From: a virus
Taxonomy: Duplodnaviria; Caudoviricetes
DNA length: 64,000 nt
Reading direction: 5' to 3' (one strand)
Virus record (IMG/VR): IMGVR_UViG_3300032373_000001
The position numbers and the translations under genes were made by a program. This document shows, piece by piece, positions 17,074 through 26,173 of this stretch (position 1 is its first letter; the number at the start of each line of letters is the position of its first letter). The notes beneath the pieces were generated by a model. That model ran no database searches and was not told the DNA's origin. It worked only from the letters and a program-made list of their open reading frames with translations.

Positions 17074-18558
17074 TCAACCGTCCAGGCTGAGGTCGATCTC
17101 CGCACCGATCGCCCGTGCCTTAGCGACCTCCAAGTCCTTCTGGGTGAAGATCCTTCGACAGGGCCACAAGACCCCCGCCACGAACTCCTTAAAAGGGGCC
17201 GAGTCGCGGGTCTTCAGGCACATATACTTGACGAGGTTGCTCTCGCGCAGCTCCGTGTCGACGAAGGATGCCGTGACAACGTCGGAGGAACGCTCGGCCT
17301 CGTTGGCGTAGCTGAGGTGGGTCAAGTTGTAGGTCCCCCCGTTCTTCTCCGCTGCCTTGAACCCCTCGCGACTGATCTGAAACAAGGCGACAACAGCGAT
17401 GCCCATGCCCCTGTTGAAGTTCATCGCCAGCCGCTTCAGGTCCCGGAGGACCTCGTTGAGCCGCTCGGTGGTGGAGTTGTGCCGGTTGCGGCTCTGCATC
17501 AGACCGGCGTGGTCCACCGTGATCATGCGGACGGCGGGATCCTTTTGGTAGAGCAGCTCGGCCTTGGAGCGGAGGTCGTTGACGTTGAAGTCCGACTTGT
17601 CGGGGTCGGAAACTTCGATGTGGAGCTTGCCGTACTTGTTGGCAGGGTCGTTGAAGTCCGGGATGACATAGTCAAAGTAGAACTTCTTCTCCAACTCCCC
17701 CAGCTCGCCATCCCGGATCTTCTCGTAGTCCAAAGACTTGCCGAGCTTGAGCTTCTTCCGAACCTTCCGAAACTTGTGGTGGCTGGAATGGATCGCATAC
17801 AGAATCCGACGCACCTGCTCGTAAGGCATCTCCAAACTGAACAAGATGCTGGAGTGCCTGTAGAACACCGACTGGTTGTAGTGCCAGTTGATCGACAGGG
17901 TGGACTTCAGTCCACCCGTGAAAGCAGCATGCGTCCAGAGCTCTTTGCGCTTGGCCCCCTTGAGAGCAAGGTCCATCTGCTCGATGCCCGTCAGCTGTCC
18001 GATGCCTGCGAGCGGGTCAGACTCCACTCGCTCGTACTCTCGCTTGACGTCCTCACCGTCCGAGTTGGCAGTGCCGCTGAGACGACTCACCCCAGTCGGG
18101 GTGATGATTTCCCCGGCTTGATCCACGACGTAACGGATCGCATCGATGGGTCCTCGAAGGTGAATCTCCTTCCGACCCTCCTTCAAGGTGATGCCTGAAG
18201 TGGCGATCGTCGCAGCGTCCCGGAGGATCTCACTCGTCCGGTACTGGCGGCGGTTCTCCTGTTGCGTCTCGAGAAGTTTGAGGAAGTCGCCCTGGATGCG
18301 AGGCTTCTCTGCCTCGATGACATCAAGGCGGTCCACCACCTCCAGCTGCTGGACTTGGGTGAAGTGCTCTCGGAGGGTCTGGGCACTGGGAACGTGGTGG
18401 TACTGGCTGAAGAAGTCTTGGACCCAGGTCCAGATCACCGAATCCTCGCCGACCTCAAACTCGACGTTGCTTTCCCGCAGGGCCACAGCGTTTCGGAGGA
18501 ACAGCTCTGGATCATCCCCCGCGTCGGCGCGGAAGGTAGAACGCAAAAGCGCTTTCAT
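17074..18558 (-). CDS. dnaB: replicative DNA helicase, DnaB-like
   Basis: AFTGGLKST (Walker A variant), FSLEM, ITVDHAGLM, ALFQISRE, ANEAERSSDVV, KTRD. Confidence 0.9.
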   Translation of the reverse strand: MKALLRSTFRADAGDDPELFLRNAVALRESNVEFEVGEDSVIWTWVQDFFSQYHHVPSAQTLREHFTQVQQLEVVDRLDVIEAEKPRIQGDFLKLLETQQENRRQYRTSEILRDAATIATSGITLKEGRKEIHLRGPIDAIRYVVDQAGEIITPTGVSRLSGTANSDGEDVKREYERVESDPLAGIGQLTGIEQMDLALKGAKRKELWTHAAFTGGLKSTLSINWHYNQSVFYRHSSILFSLEMPYEQVRRILYAIHSSHHKFRKVRKKLKLGKSLDYEKIRDGELGELEKKFYFDYVIPDFNDPANKYGKLHIEVSDPDKSDFNVNDLRSKAELLYQKDPAVRMITVDHAGLMQSRNRHNSTTERLNEVLRDLKRLAMNFNRGMGIAVVALFQISREGFKAAEKNGGTYNLTHLSYANEAERSSDVVTASFVDTELRESNLVKYMCLKTRDSAPFKEFVAGVLWPCRRIFTQKDLEVAKARAIGAEIDLSLDG

Positions 18559-18561
18559 TGC

Positions 18562-19278
18562 TCAGCCTCGCAAGCTCTTTCGGATGGGTTTGTTGGGGCG
18601 TTGCGGAGCAGACTTCCCCGAGCGGGCAGTCGTCCGCCCGCCGCCCAGCTCCTTCATGCCCATGCGCTTCCAGTGCCGAAGGGTGACTCCGACCTGATCG
18701 CTCCAGAACAAGTGACCGGAGTTCAACGGGTGGGTCGGTTGGTCCCAGACCCAAGTCGGCTTGCCCTCATGCTCTCTCAGACGCAAAGCCTCCGCCAACG
18801 TCTCCGGTGCCGCTTGGTTTCGGGTGACCTTGACCCCCATGCGGATGATCAGGAGGTCAGGCGGGAGCGCAAGATCGACCAGCGTCAGATAGCGGGTCGA
18901 AGCCTTCCGCGCGTCCGCATCGAAGATCTCTTGGCCTTGGATGGCAATGGAAGCCAGCCAAGAGGTGGTCAGGTCGGCATCCGTGACCACCTTACACCGC
19001 CACGTGGTCGGCATCCGGATCACAACATGGCGCAAGTGGGACAGGAAGGTAGGGTCGGCAGTGACCCAGAGGGAGTTGCCCTCCATGTCTAAGAAGGGGC
19101 TGGCCTTGACGGGGGGCTCCAACCACAGCCCCCTCAAGGCGCGCTCACAGTTCTGGCGAACATCGCCGTGTAGCGCGCACCGGCACCGCTCAAAGCGGGG
19201 AGGGTGAGGGTCCTTCAGCTCCACCTCTACCATGCCAGTGCCGACGCAGAGTTTACAGTTGGGGTCAGGGGCACTCAT
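18562..19278 (-). CDS. DnaC/IstB-like helicase loader homologue, degenerate
   Basis: N-terminal CKLC..G..RCRC; DLLIIRMG and LAEALRLREHEGKPTWV match DnaC blocks; adjacent to DnaB; no intact Walker motifs. Confidence 0.55.
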   Translation of the reverse strand: MSAPDPNCKLCVGTGMVEVELKDPHPPRFERCRCALHGDVRQNCERALRGLWLEPPVKASPFLDMEGNSLWVTADPTFLSHLRHVVIRMPTTWRCKVVTDADLTTSWLASIAIQGQEIFDADARKASTRYLTLVDLALPPDLLIIRMGVKVTRNQAAPETLAEALRLREHEGKPTWVWDQPTHPLNSGHLFWSDQVGVTLRHWKRMGMKELGGGRTTARSGKSAPQRPNKPIRKSLRG

Positions 19279-19288
19279 CTCTTACACC

Positions 19289-20368
19289 TCAAGAACCCTT
19301 ACCCGAGGCTGCACCTTCTTGGCGGACTCCAGGAGGCTGAACGGTCCACCCCTTCTTGAGCAAGTAGTCCCGGTACATCTCTTCTTCGGGGCTCGGCTTG
19401 TAGGGCACAGCCTCGGGGAACGGGTCCACGCTCACTACCCATTTGCCTTCGCGCATCGCGAAATAGGCGGGGAAGGGATGGCTATCCCCCTCAAAGTAGA
19501 GCTCCACCAGCCCGTAGTACTGGTCCCCCTTGAGGAAGACGTGCGGCGGATGCCGGAGCAAATTGTAGGCCACGTAGTCAGCGACCTGCGCCTTGGTCTT
19601 GCCTCCCAGGCGGAGGGGGCCATAATTTTGGAGGGCTCGACAGAAGTCTTTGGTCAGATTCACCTGATCCGGGCGGAGGTCTTGGCCCGTGCTGTCTTGA
19701 ATGCTCCCCTGCGTCCTCCAAGTCAAGAGGCCACCTTCCCCAGGGAAGTAGCGATCGTCGGAGTAGAACGGATCCAGCTTCTTGGGCTCTGCGCACTGGT
19801 CGCGGGGGATGAGGTACACCTCATCCGCCCCCCGGAACACCAGGAATTCTTCACCGCGCCGGGCACGGAAGGCCATGTGGGGGCGCAGCGTCACAGGCAG
19901 CACCCGATTGTAGGTCTCACCCTCGGGCTTGACCTGACGCGCCGGGTCTTCGGCCCACTGGCGCAGCTCCTCGGGGGAGTACCCCAGGTTGTCCAGGATC
20001 CGGACCTGACGTCGGCCCCTCGGGAACGAACTCCTCTTCTGAGGAGCCTTGCCGAGGAAGTTGTGGAAAGCCGCAATGCGCTTCTTCTCTTGGTGAATCC
20101 GAAGGAAGGTTACCAAAACTCGGCGCGTCTCCTCCCGCTTGTCTACCGCCGAGACGAACACTCCCGTGCAGTCTGAGTGGAGGTGGAAGGTGGCGGTGGG
20201 GTTCTTAGCCTGTCCTACGTCAGGACCGAGGAGGAAGCGAGCCTGATCTTGGGAGATTTCCGTGGAGCCCGCATAGTTCGCAAAGATGTCAGCTTCGTCG
20301 CCTCCTGGGTATTCCCGATTGTAGTTGCGGGCGCAGCTTCGGCTTACTTTCACGATGTCATCATGCAC
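19289..20368 (-). CDS. hypothetical protein
   Basis: 359-aa ORF. Confidence 0.75.
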   Translation of the reverse strand: MHDDIVKVSRSCARNYNREYPGGDEADIFANYAGSTEISQDQARFLLGPDVGQAKNPTATFHLHSDCTGVFVSAVDKREETRRVLVTFLRIHQEKKRIAAFHNFLGKAPQKRSSFPRGRRQVRILDNLGYSPEELRQWAEDPARQVKPEGETYNRVLPVTLRPHMAFRARRGEEFLVFRGADEVYLIPRDQCAEPKKLDPFYSDDRYFPGEGGLLTWRTQGSIQDSTGQDLRPDQVNLTKDFCRALQNYGPLRLGGKTKAQVADYVAYNLLRHPPHVFLKGDQYYGLVELYFEGDSHPFPAYFAMREGKWVVSVDPFPEAVPYKPSPEEEMYRDYLLKKGWTVQPPGVRQEGAASGKGS

Positions 20369-20675
20369 GCTCTTCTCTCTTTGGGGGAGGGAGGCGTCCG
20401 GATTCCCGCAGACCAGCCCAGAGCCAACCCAGCTTGTAGGGGTCCTTCGTCACATCCTCCCAGAACTTCCCCTGGTCGAAACTGACTTGAAGCCGTACTT
20501 CTCCGGTGGAGTACTCCAGCAAGGCGAACACCGGGCTCATCGGGTCGGAGAACCGGACTGCGTAAGCCTTCGCCCCAGGCTCGACCGCCCTGGCTGAGTG
20601 CCAGTTCTGGTGCATCAGCGCCCAGAGCACCAGAAGCTGGGTTTGTTCCCGCTGGGAACCAAGAGTCGCCATCAC
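20361..20675 (-). CDS. hypothetical protein
   Basis: 104-aa ORF overlapping next gene. Confidence 0.6.
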   Translation of the reverse strand: MMATLGSQREQTQLLVLWALMHQNWHSARAVEPGAKAYAVRFSDPMSPVFALLEYSTGEVRLQVSFDQGKFWEDVTKDPYKLGWLWAGLRESGRLPPPKREERA

Positions 20676-20716
20676 TCCCCTCTTCGGGGGAAGATTCAGC
20701 TCCTCCCCGCTTAAAT

Positions 20717-21559
20717 TTACCCGAGGCGGAGAGCGATCGCAGCCAGCAGGTCTTTTGCTGCTTGGGGGTTGAAGGCCGTGACGTAGCCCGCAGACTTCCC
20801 CGGGACCCAGTAGTCCGAAGCCCGAGCGGGTGCATACTTGTCGATGCCCTCAGTGTAGCCGTGGGTGACCTGGAAGAAGAAGCGGGTGTCGCTGTCGAAG
20901 GAGTAGGGGCTCTCCAGGTTCTGGGGGGTCTCGCCGTCCCTGCTGGCGATCCAGTGGGTAGAGCCCCAGTCCCGGTGGGTCCACTCGGTGGACCGGTGGC
21001 GGGCGATCCACCGGTCCTTGGCAGCTCCGGTCACCTCGGACCAGGTCCCGTTTGAACGCTGGACCCGGAGGATGCGGGGATCAGCCATCTCCTCGTCGGT
21101 CCACTCCTTGTAGCGATACCCACGCTTCTTGCCCTCGACCGCGAGGTACTCTTCCGCTGGGGCCACCGGGGACTGGGCCAGGAGTGCTGCCTGGACGGCA
21201 TCGGGCAGCGGAGTCTGCTTGCCGTAGGTCTCATCGTTTTCGTTGGCGAAGGCCACCGCGATGTCGTGCAGGTTGTTCCGCATGTACACTGCCCACCCCC
21301 CGTCGAGGGCGATGCGAATGACCGGCATGGGCGTGCTCTTGGATGTGTGGAAGCCGATGACCCCGACTGCCAGGCCGGGGCATACAGAGGTCGCCATGTC
21401 CTGGAAGGCTGCGGGCTGACCCTCCCCCGCCTTGTAAGCGTAGAGAGTGTCCGGAACGCAGGAATGGAAGAGGGCCTCCCAGCCTGCAACAGTGAACGCC
21501 TCCCCCTCCCCCAGGTTCTCAAACGCCTTCTGGAACGTCTCGATGTAGTCTCGCGCCAT
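20717..21559 (-). CDS. hypothetical phage protein
   Basis: 280 aa; GGAG RBS; VIGFHTSKS.PMPV...MRNNLHD block. Confidence 0.8.
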   Translation of the reverse strand: MARDYIETFQKAFENLGEGEAFTVAGWEALFHSCVPDTLYAYKAGEGQPAAFQDMATSVCPGLAVGVIGFHTSKSTPMPVIRIALDGGWAVYMRNNLHDIAVAFANENDETYGKQTPLPDAVQAALLAQSPVAPAEEYLAVEGKKRGYRYKEWTDEEMADPRILRVQRSNGTWSEVTGAAKDRWIARHRSTEWTHRDWGSTHWIASRDGETPQNLESPYSFDSDTRFFFQVTHGYTEGIDKYAPARASDYWVPGKSAGYVTAFNPQAAKDLLAAIALRLG

Positions 21560-21601
21560 AGGACCGCACTCCGTGATTGAGGTCAGTCAGGACTACCGGA
21601 A

Positions 21602-22219
21602 CTACAACTCGGGCAAGGCCAAGACCTCCAGCACCTTGGCCCGGAGGTCCTCCAGGGTGCCGTCGTTGACGATCAGGTGATCGGGTTCTATCAAGTCCAC
21701 CGAAGTCTCGCTGGTGTGGGTGTCGTCCAGGCCCTCCAGGAGGGAGGGGCGGACCACCTTCCACACCGTGCCCCCCCACCTACGGATCGCCTCCGCCTCG
21801 TTGGGGTAGCGCACGTCTGTGAGGACCCACCGACTCGGGTCCCGCGCCACCAAGGATGTAGGCAAGAACGCCTTGGCCTGATGAGAGTGAATCAGCGGAT
21901 TCTGCCCGGCGAGCGCGCGATCGATGGTGGTCTTGGCGTAATCTACCCACGTCGGCTCGTAGAGCCTGCGGAACATCTCGGTGCCGATCTGCTGCATGGC
22001 GTGCCGAGGGCTGAACCCGTAACGAGGGTCCACGGTCTCTTTGTCCGCAGTAGTACCGAAACACTGCGCGTAGCTGAACCCGTATAGGTCCATGGCAATC
22101 CGCTTGATCGGGTCTGCGAAGGCGAGTTGGGTGAAGTTGGCCTCGTCTCGGAGGAAGCCGCCGACCGTGTCTTTGCCGTGGCGCTTTCGTCCGCAGACGC
22201 CAATGATCCTTACTCCCAT
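21602..22219 (-). CDS. deoxynucleoside monophosphate kinase (T4 gp1-like)
   Basis: IIGVCGRKRHGKDTV, AFADPIK, RHAMQQIGTE, TDVRYPNEA..GG. Confidence 0.92.
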   Translation of the reverse strand: MGVRIIGVCGRKRHGKDTVGGFLRDEANFTQLAFADPIKRIAMDLYGFSYAQCFGTTADKETVDPRYGFSPRHAMQQIGTEMFRRLYEPTWVDYAKTTIDRALAGQNPLIHSHQAKAFLPTSLVARDPSRWVLTDVRYPNEAEAIRRWGGTVWKVVRPSLLEGLDDTHTSETSVDLIEPDHLIVNDGTLEDLRAKVLEVLALPEL

Positions 22220-22440
22220 CAGGGATTCTCCTTCAGTTCTTCGAGCTGGGCAGCCAAAGCATCGCGCTCCGCCAACAGCTCAGCAGTGAGATCGGGGAGG
22301 CGCAGTAGCAGGTCCCCGCACTCTTTGGTGATGTCGTTGAGGATGAACACTCCCAGGCCATCCCCAGGAGGGTCAGCAGCTACTGAGTCTCCGGCATTCT
22401 TCAAGAGAAGGCGGAGGAGCTGCAGTCGTTCAGGTTTCAT
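22219..22440 (-). CDS. small hypothetical protein
   Basis: MKPERLQLL... with GGAGG upstream; stop abuts the kinase ATG. Confidence 0.6.
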   Translation of the reverse strand: MKPERLQLLRLLLKNAGDSVAADPPGDGLGVFILNDITKECGDLLLRLPDLTAELLAERDALAAQLEELKENP

Positions 22441-22489
22441 GCCTAACCGTACCCTCCTGGGGGGTAATCTTCCGTACACGGAGGATAGG

Positions 22490-23296
22490 ATGCCCCTGGT
22501 CGCTTACCGTAGAAGCGTCGTCACCCCCGACACTGCCGAAGCCATGCGCAAACTCGAACAAGCCTTACATCAGGTGGGCGGGGTGCGACTGGTATACAAG
22601 GGGGTCCGCAGGGAAGAGTCCTCCTGGGCGCACACCGAGGACTGGCCGGGGCCAACAGACCAAGCCCCCGACCGGAGCATGCGACCCACCGGAAGAGAAG
22701 TCTACCTCCAAGTGGTGTCGGAACACCTCAACAAGCAAGAGGCCCTGAACCTGCTGTGGGCCAAGGCGGTGCCCTTGGGCTTCATGCCCTGGAACCGCTA
22801 CCCCACGACAGGGCCTGGTGCGACCTGCTTCCACTACTTTGGGAAATGGAAGCAGATTTTGGAGTTCCTCCACGGCAACGGGGAAGGCGAACATGCTTGG
22901 TCCAGTGCCTGCTGCGCCGCCCAACTGGAGGTAGGAACCTGGGAAGGCGACCGGCCAGTGGAGCGAGAAGTCCAAGCGCTCTTGACGCTGGTGGGGTTCC
23001 CCTGCGGTCCGATAGATGGAGTCATCGGACCCCGCACGGCCACCTCCTTGAAGGCGATGGGCCTCCTCGGCAAGACCATGGTCGAATGCCTTCCCGCGCT
23101 ACGCTCTTTGCAAGGAGCCCTCGCCCGCTCTAAAGAAAACCGCCCCGCCAAGAAACGGCAATTCTTCCTGAGCGTTCCTCCGGGCGCACTGGTCCAAGCG
23201 TACACGAGCGGAGGAGTGGTGGCGACACAGACTCCCGCTGGATACGCAATCACCCACACTGAGTCAGGGAAGTTGATTCTGCTATTCGGAGACTGA
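22490..23296 (+). CDS. peptidoglycan-binding protein with degenerate M15-like peptidase domain
   Basis: EVQALLTLVGFPCGPIDGVIGPRTATSLKAM is a PG_binding_1 motif; N-terminal VanY-like blocks lack Zn ligands; GGAGG RBS, ATG 22490. Confidence 0.7.
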   Translation: MPLVAYRRSVVTPDTAEAMRKLEQALHQVGGVRLVYKGVRREESSWAHTEDWPGPTDQAPDRSMRPTGREVYLQVVSEHLNKQEALNLLWAKAVPLGFMPWNRYPTTGPGATCFHYFGKWKQILEFLHGNGEGEHAWSSACCAAQLEVGTWEGDRPVEREVQALLTLVGFPCGPIDGVIGPRTATSLKAMGLLGKTMVECLPALRSLQGALARSKENRPAKKRQFFLSVPPGALVQAYTSGGVVATQTPAGYAITHTESGKLILLFGD

Positions 23297-23297
23297 C

Positions 23298-23900
23298 ATG
23301 GACCATTCCGAGCACGCATTGGCCTGTGCGATCTACGGGGACTGTATCTTCGAGGAGGTCCAGGAAGGTGTGAAGCTATTGGAGGCTGCCTGGAAGAAGG
23401 ACCTCCAGAAGTATCCGCAGGTCATCGTGCAGAGCACCAAGGGGCGGGGGTGGTTCTTCCCTCGCCAGGTGGTCACCTCCGACTGGCTCCGCTTCATGCT
23501 CTTCCAGCCGGGGAGGCTATGGCCGGTGAGGCTCAAGGGGAAGCAGCGAGAGATGCTCCAGCTCATGAAGGCGGCGTCAGGACTGGCCCCCCGCGTGCAT
23601 TCCACCCCCAATGGGGAGCTCTACAGTGAAGAGCAGACCCTACAGGCGATGGAGCAGCTGGCGGATACCTTCCAGAAGCAAGTGGCCGCGCCCATGTGGC
23701 AGAGCTATGAGCGGGTGAGTCGCACCATGGGCCAGAAGCTCCTGCCCCTGTGCGAAGACCGCTATGGGTCCTGCACCCGCGAGGAAGCCGTGGGGATCTT
23801 CCAGGGGGACCTGGAGCGAGGGCTCCGGATGAACACCTTGGAAGTCAGCCCTCAAATGCTTCAGGTGCTTCCTAAGTTCTTGGAGTGGATTTCGGCTTGA
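23298..23900 (+). CDS. hypothetical protein
   Basis: 200-aa ORF coupled to upstream gene. Confidence 0.7.
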   Translation: MDHSEHALACAIYGDCIFEEVQEGVKLLEAAWKKDLQKYPQVIVQSTKGRGWFFPRQVVTSDWLRFMLFQPGRLWPVRLKGKQREMLQLMKAASGLAPRVHSTPNGELYSEEQTLQAMEQLADTFQKQVAAPMWQSYERVSRTMGQKLLPLCEDRYGSCTREEAVGIFQGDLERGLRMNTLEVSPQMLQVLPKFLEWISA

Positions 23901-23943
23901 TCAGCGCGCGACGGTAATTAGTCTACACAACACCGGAGCCCGC

Positions 23944-25551
23944 ATGGACCTGTTGGCGAAGCTGCGCCTCGTCAGGGAAAAGGAAGACATCCAGCTTCCT
24001 GAGACCCCTTACTTCCGCAAGACCTACACCCACCGCAGCGGGGAAGAGCGACCCCTTAGCTTACGCAGCTACCAAGCCCAGATGGTCGTCAACCTCCTGG
24101 CCATGAAGCGGTTCGTGGTGGGTGACGACACCGGATTGGGCAAGACTATCGAGACGATTGGGGCCTTGTGTCAGGTCTGGGCAAAGCAGCCCACCAAGAA
24201 AGCCATCGTCGTCACCAAGAAATCTTCGATGACTCCGGGGTGGGAAATCGAGGGGTTCGGAGCCTTCACGCAGGGCGTGAAGGTCTTGATGGCATTGGGT
24301 TCCCCCAAGAAGCGTCAAAAGGCGCGCCAAGAGTGGCTGGACCACGACGGGCCGGTGGTCATCATCTACAGCTATGGGGCTTGGGCCAACGACTTCAGCG
24401 AGACGATGGGATGGGAAGACTACATCATCATCTTCGATGAAGCCACCGTGTTCAAGAACCCCAAGACCCGCATCCACAAGGTCTGCAAGCACTCCTCAGC
24501 CCAAGCAGATCGGTGCTGGTCACTGACTGCTACGCTCATCAAGAACAACCTCATGGAGGGCTACGGCATCTACCGGGTGACGGTGCCGGGGCTGTTCAAC
24601 ATGAACGAAGCCACCTTCATGCAGAGCTACTCGCTCATCGAGATGAAGCGGGTGGGCAGGAACCGGCGAGTGCCGACCATCGTCGGCTACCACAAACGTC
24701 ACATCGAGATGTTCCGCCAACAGATCGAGATGTACTACCTCGGACGCCCCAAGCACGCCGTGGCGGACGACCTCCCGATGCTGACCTCCAGGGACGTGAA
24801 GATCGGCCTCACCTCCTGGCAGAAAGAGAAGTACCAAGAAGCCCTGACGGGGCTCATGGAGCACGGGGACGGAGAGCTCCGCGACTTCACCGAAACCACC
24901 CAGCTCACCTCCCTGATCTACTGCCAGGAGATCGTCAACCATCCGGGGCTAATCGAGTATCCGGACTACAGGTCCACCAAGCTCGATGCCCTGACCGAGA
25001 TGCTGACCGACGGAGAGTTCGAAGGCGAGAAGGTGATCATCTTCACCCGGTTCAGCAAGATGGTCGGCATCGCCAAAGCCCACCTGGAGAAGAAGGGACT
25101 CACTTGCGTGGCTGTTACGGGCGGGGAGTCTTCGAAGCAACGCAAGAACGCGATGCTCAGCTTCCAGAACCCCAAAGACCCCACCAACGTCATCTTCATC
25201 ACCATGGCAGGCGGGGATGCGATCAACCTCCAGGCAGCGAAGGCGCTGATCTTCTTCGACACTCCCTGGTCGGCTGGCGACTACATCCAGATCCTGGGGC
25301 GGATGATCCGGATCGGGTCCGAGCACGACCGGGTGTATGCGATCCACCTGGTCTGCCTGGATACCATCGACGAACATGTCCAGGCAGTGGTCAAGAAGAA
25401 GATGGCCCTGATCCAGGCCGTGCTGGGCGAACGCGTCAAGGGTGAGAAGGGTGAAACCAAGGTCTTCCAGAACTCCTCGGATACGCAAGACCTCTTCGAT
25501 GCCCTCCAAGAAGATGCGCGCCGAACGAAGGGCGCTCCCCAGCCCGCTTGA
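23944..25551 (+). CDS. SNF2-family (SF2) helicase/translocase
   Basis: DDTGLGKT, IIFDEAT, SLTATLIKN, KVIIFTRF, AGGDAINLQAA, QILGRMIRIG. Confidence 0.92.
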   Translation: MDLLAKLRLVREKEDIQLPETPYFRKTYTHRSGEERPLSLRSYQAQMVVNLLAMKRFVVGDDTGLGKTIETIGALCQVWAKQPTKKAIVVTKKSSMTPGWEIEGFGAFTQGVKVLMALGSPKKRQKARQEWLDHDGPVVIIYSYGAWANDFSETMGWEDYIIIFDEATVFKNPKTRIHKVCKHSSAQADRCWSLTATLIKNNLMEGYGIYRVTVPGLFNMNEATFMQSYSLIEMKRVGRNRRVPTIVGYHKRHIEMFRQQIEMYYLGRPKHAVADDLPMLTSRDVKIGLTSWQKEKYQEALTGLMEHGDGELRDFTETTQLTSLIYCQEIVNHPGLIEYPDYRSTKLDALTEMLTDGEFEGEKVIIFTRFSKMVGIAKAHLEKKGLTCVAVTGGESSKQRKNAMLSFQNPKDPTNVIFITMAGGDAINLQAAKALIFFDTPWSAGDYIQILGRMIRIGSEHDRVYAIHLVCLDTIDEHVQAVVKKKMALIQAVLGERVKGEKGETKVFQNSSDTQDLFDALQEDARRTKGAPQPA

Positions 25552-25603
25552 GAGTGCACTTCGGTGGTGGAATGGTCGGCCGCTGACGGCTTGGGCTACG
25601 CCG

Positions 25604-25638
25604 TATTAGGGGCTACGCCAAGAAGGGAGCCCCTAATA
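25604..25638 (+). promoter_or_regulatory. hairpin enclosing RBS and abutting start codon
   Basis: TATTAGGGGCT (25604-25614) / AGCCCCTAATA (25628-25638) with GAAGGGAG in loop and 3' arm; ATG at 25638. Confidence 0.55.
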
Positions 25639-25805
25639 TGCAACGACCCACAACCAGCTGGACCTTCAACACCGGACCCGCACCCGAGGACCCGGCACAG
25701 CAGCGGATCGACGCCGTCTGCGCTCTGGTTCAGTCGGACCTGAAGAATGCTGGGATCGAAGATCCGGACGTCATCGCCGGGGTCCTGAGCGGGCTGAAAT
25801 TTTAA
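25638..25805 (+). CDS. small hypothetical protein (55 aa)
   Basis: Manual translation MQRPTTSWTFNTGP...GLKF; TAATG overlap with next gene. Confidence 0.55.
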   Translation: MQRPTTSWTFNTGPAPEDPAQQRIDAVCALVQSDLKNAGIEDPDVIAGVLSGLKF

Positions 25806-26173
25806 TGCTGTACGGAAGCAGCTTCACAGGCCAGCTTGGAGGCTTGCCCGAGCGGACCTCCGAAGAGGTCTCGAGCGGGCAGCGAGTGGACGCGGTTCTC
25901 GATGCGTTCCACGACTCCGAGGCAGGGTCGTCCCTCTACAACTTCGGCAACTTCTTCCGGGCCTTCCTGCAAGAAGAGACCGCGAAGAACGGCCCTGTCG
26001 TCGACGGAGAAGGGCTGGCCGAGGTGCTCGGCATCACCCGCGCCTTCAACACGGCATGCAACTCGGTCGAGGGTCTGACCCAGACCGAGCGGCTTATGGC
26101 AATCAGCGCCCTGCTGAGAACGAACGTCCGGCAGTGTCACCGGGCCGTCGTCAAGGAAGGGTCCCAGGGCTGA
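25805..26173 (+). CDS. hypothetical protein
   Basis: 122-aa ORF; stop abuts convergent gene. Confidence 0.7.
   Translation: MLYGSSFTGQLGGLPERTSEEVSSGQRVDAVLDAFHDSEAGSSLYNFGNFFRAFLQEETAKNGPVVDGEGLAEVLGITRAFNTACNSVEGLTQTERLMAISALLRTNVRQCHRAVVKEGSQG

Noticed and set aside
9669-18558. Inteins or introns in polA and dnaB
   Set aside because: Both ORFs are continuous; no C/S...HN intein termini or LAGLIDADG blocks seen
13672-19303. GGTAAG matches at 13674, 15810 and 19299
   Set aside because: Inside coding sequence and explained by codons (QVS, SGK)
25560-25637. GGTGGTGGAATGGTC resembling a tRNA D-arm
   Set aside because: No TTCRA T-loop, anticodon arm or acceptor stem; kept only as a hairpin
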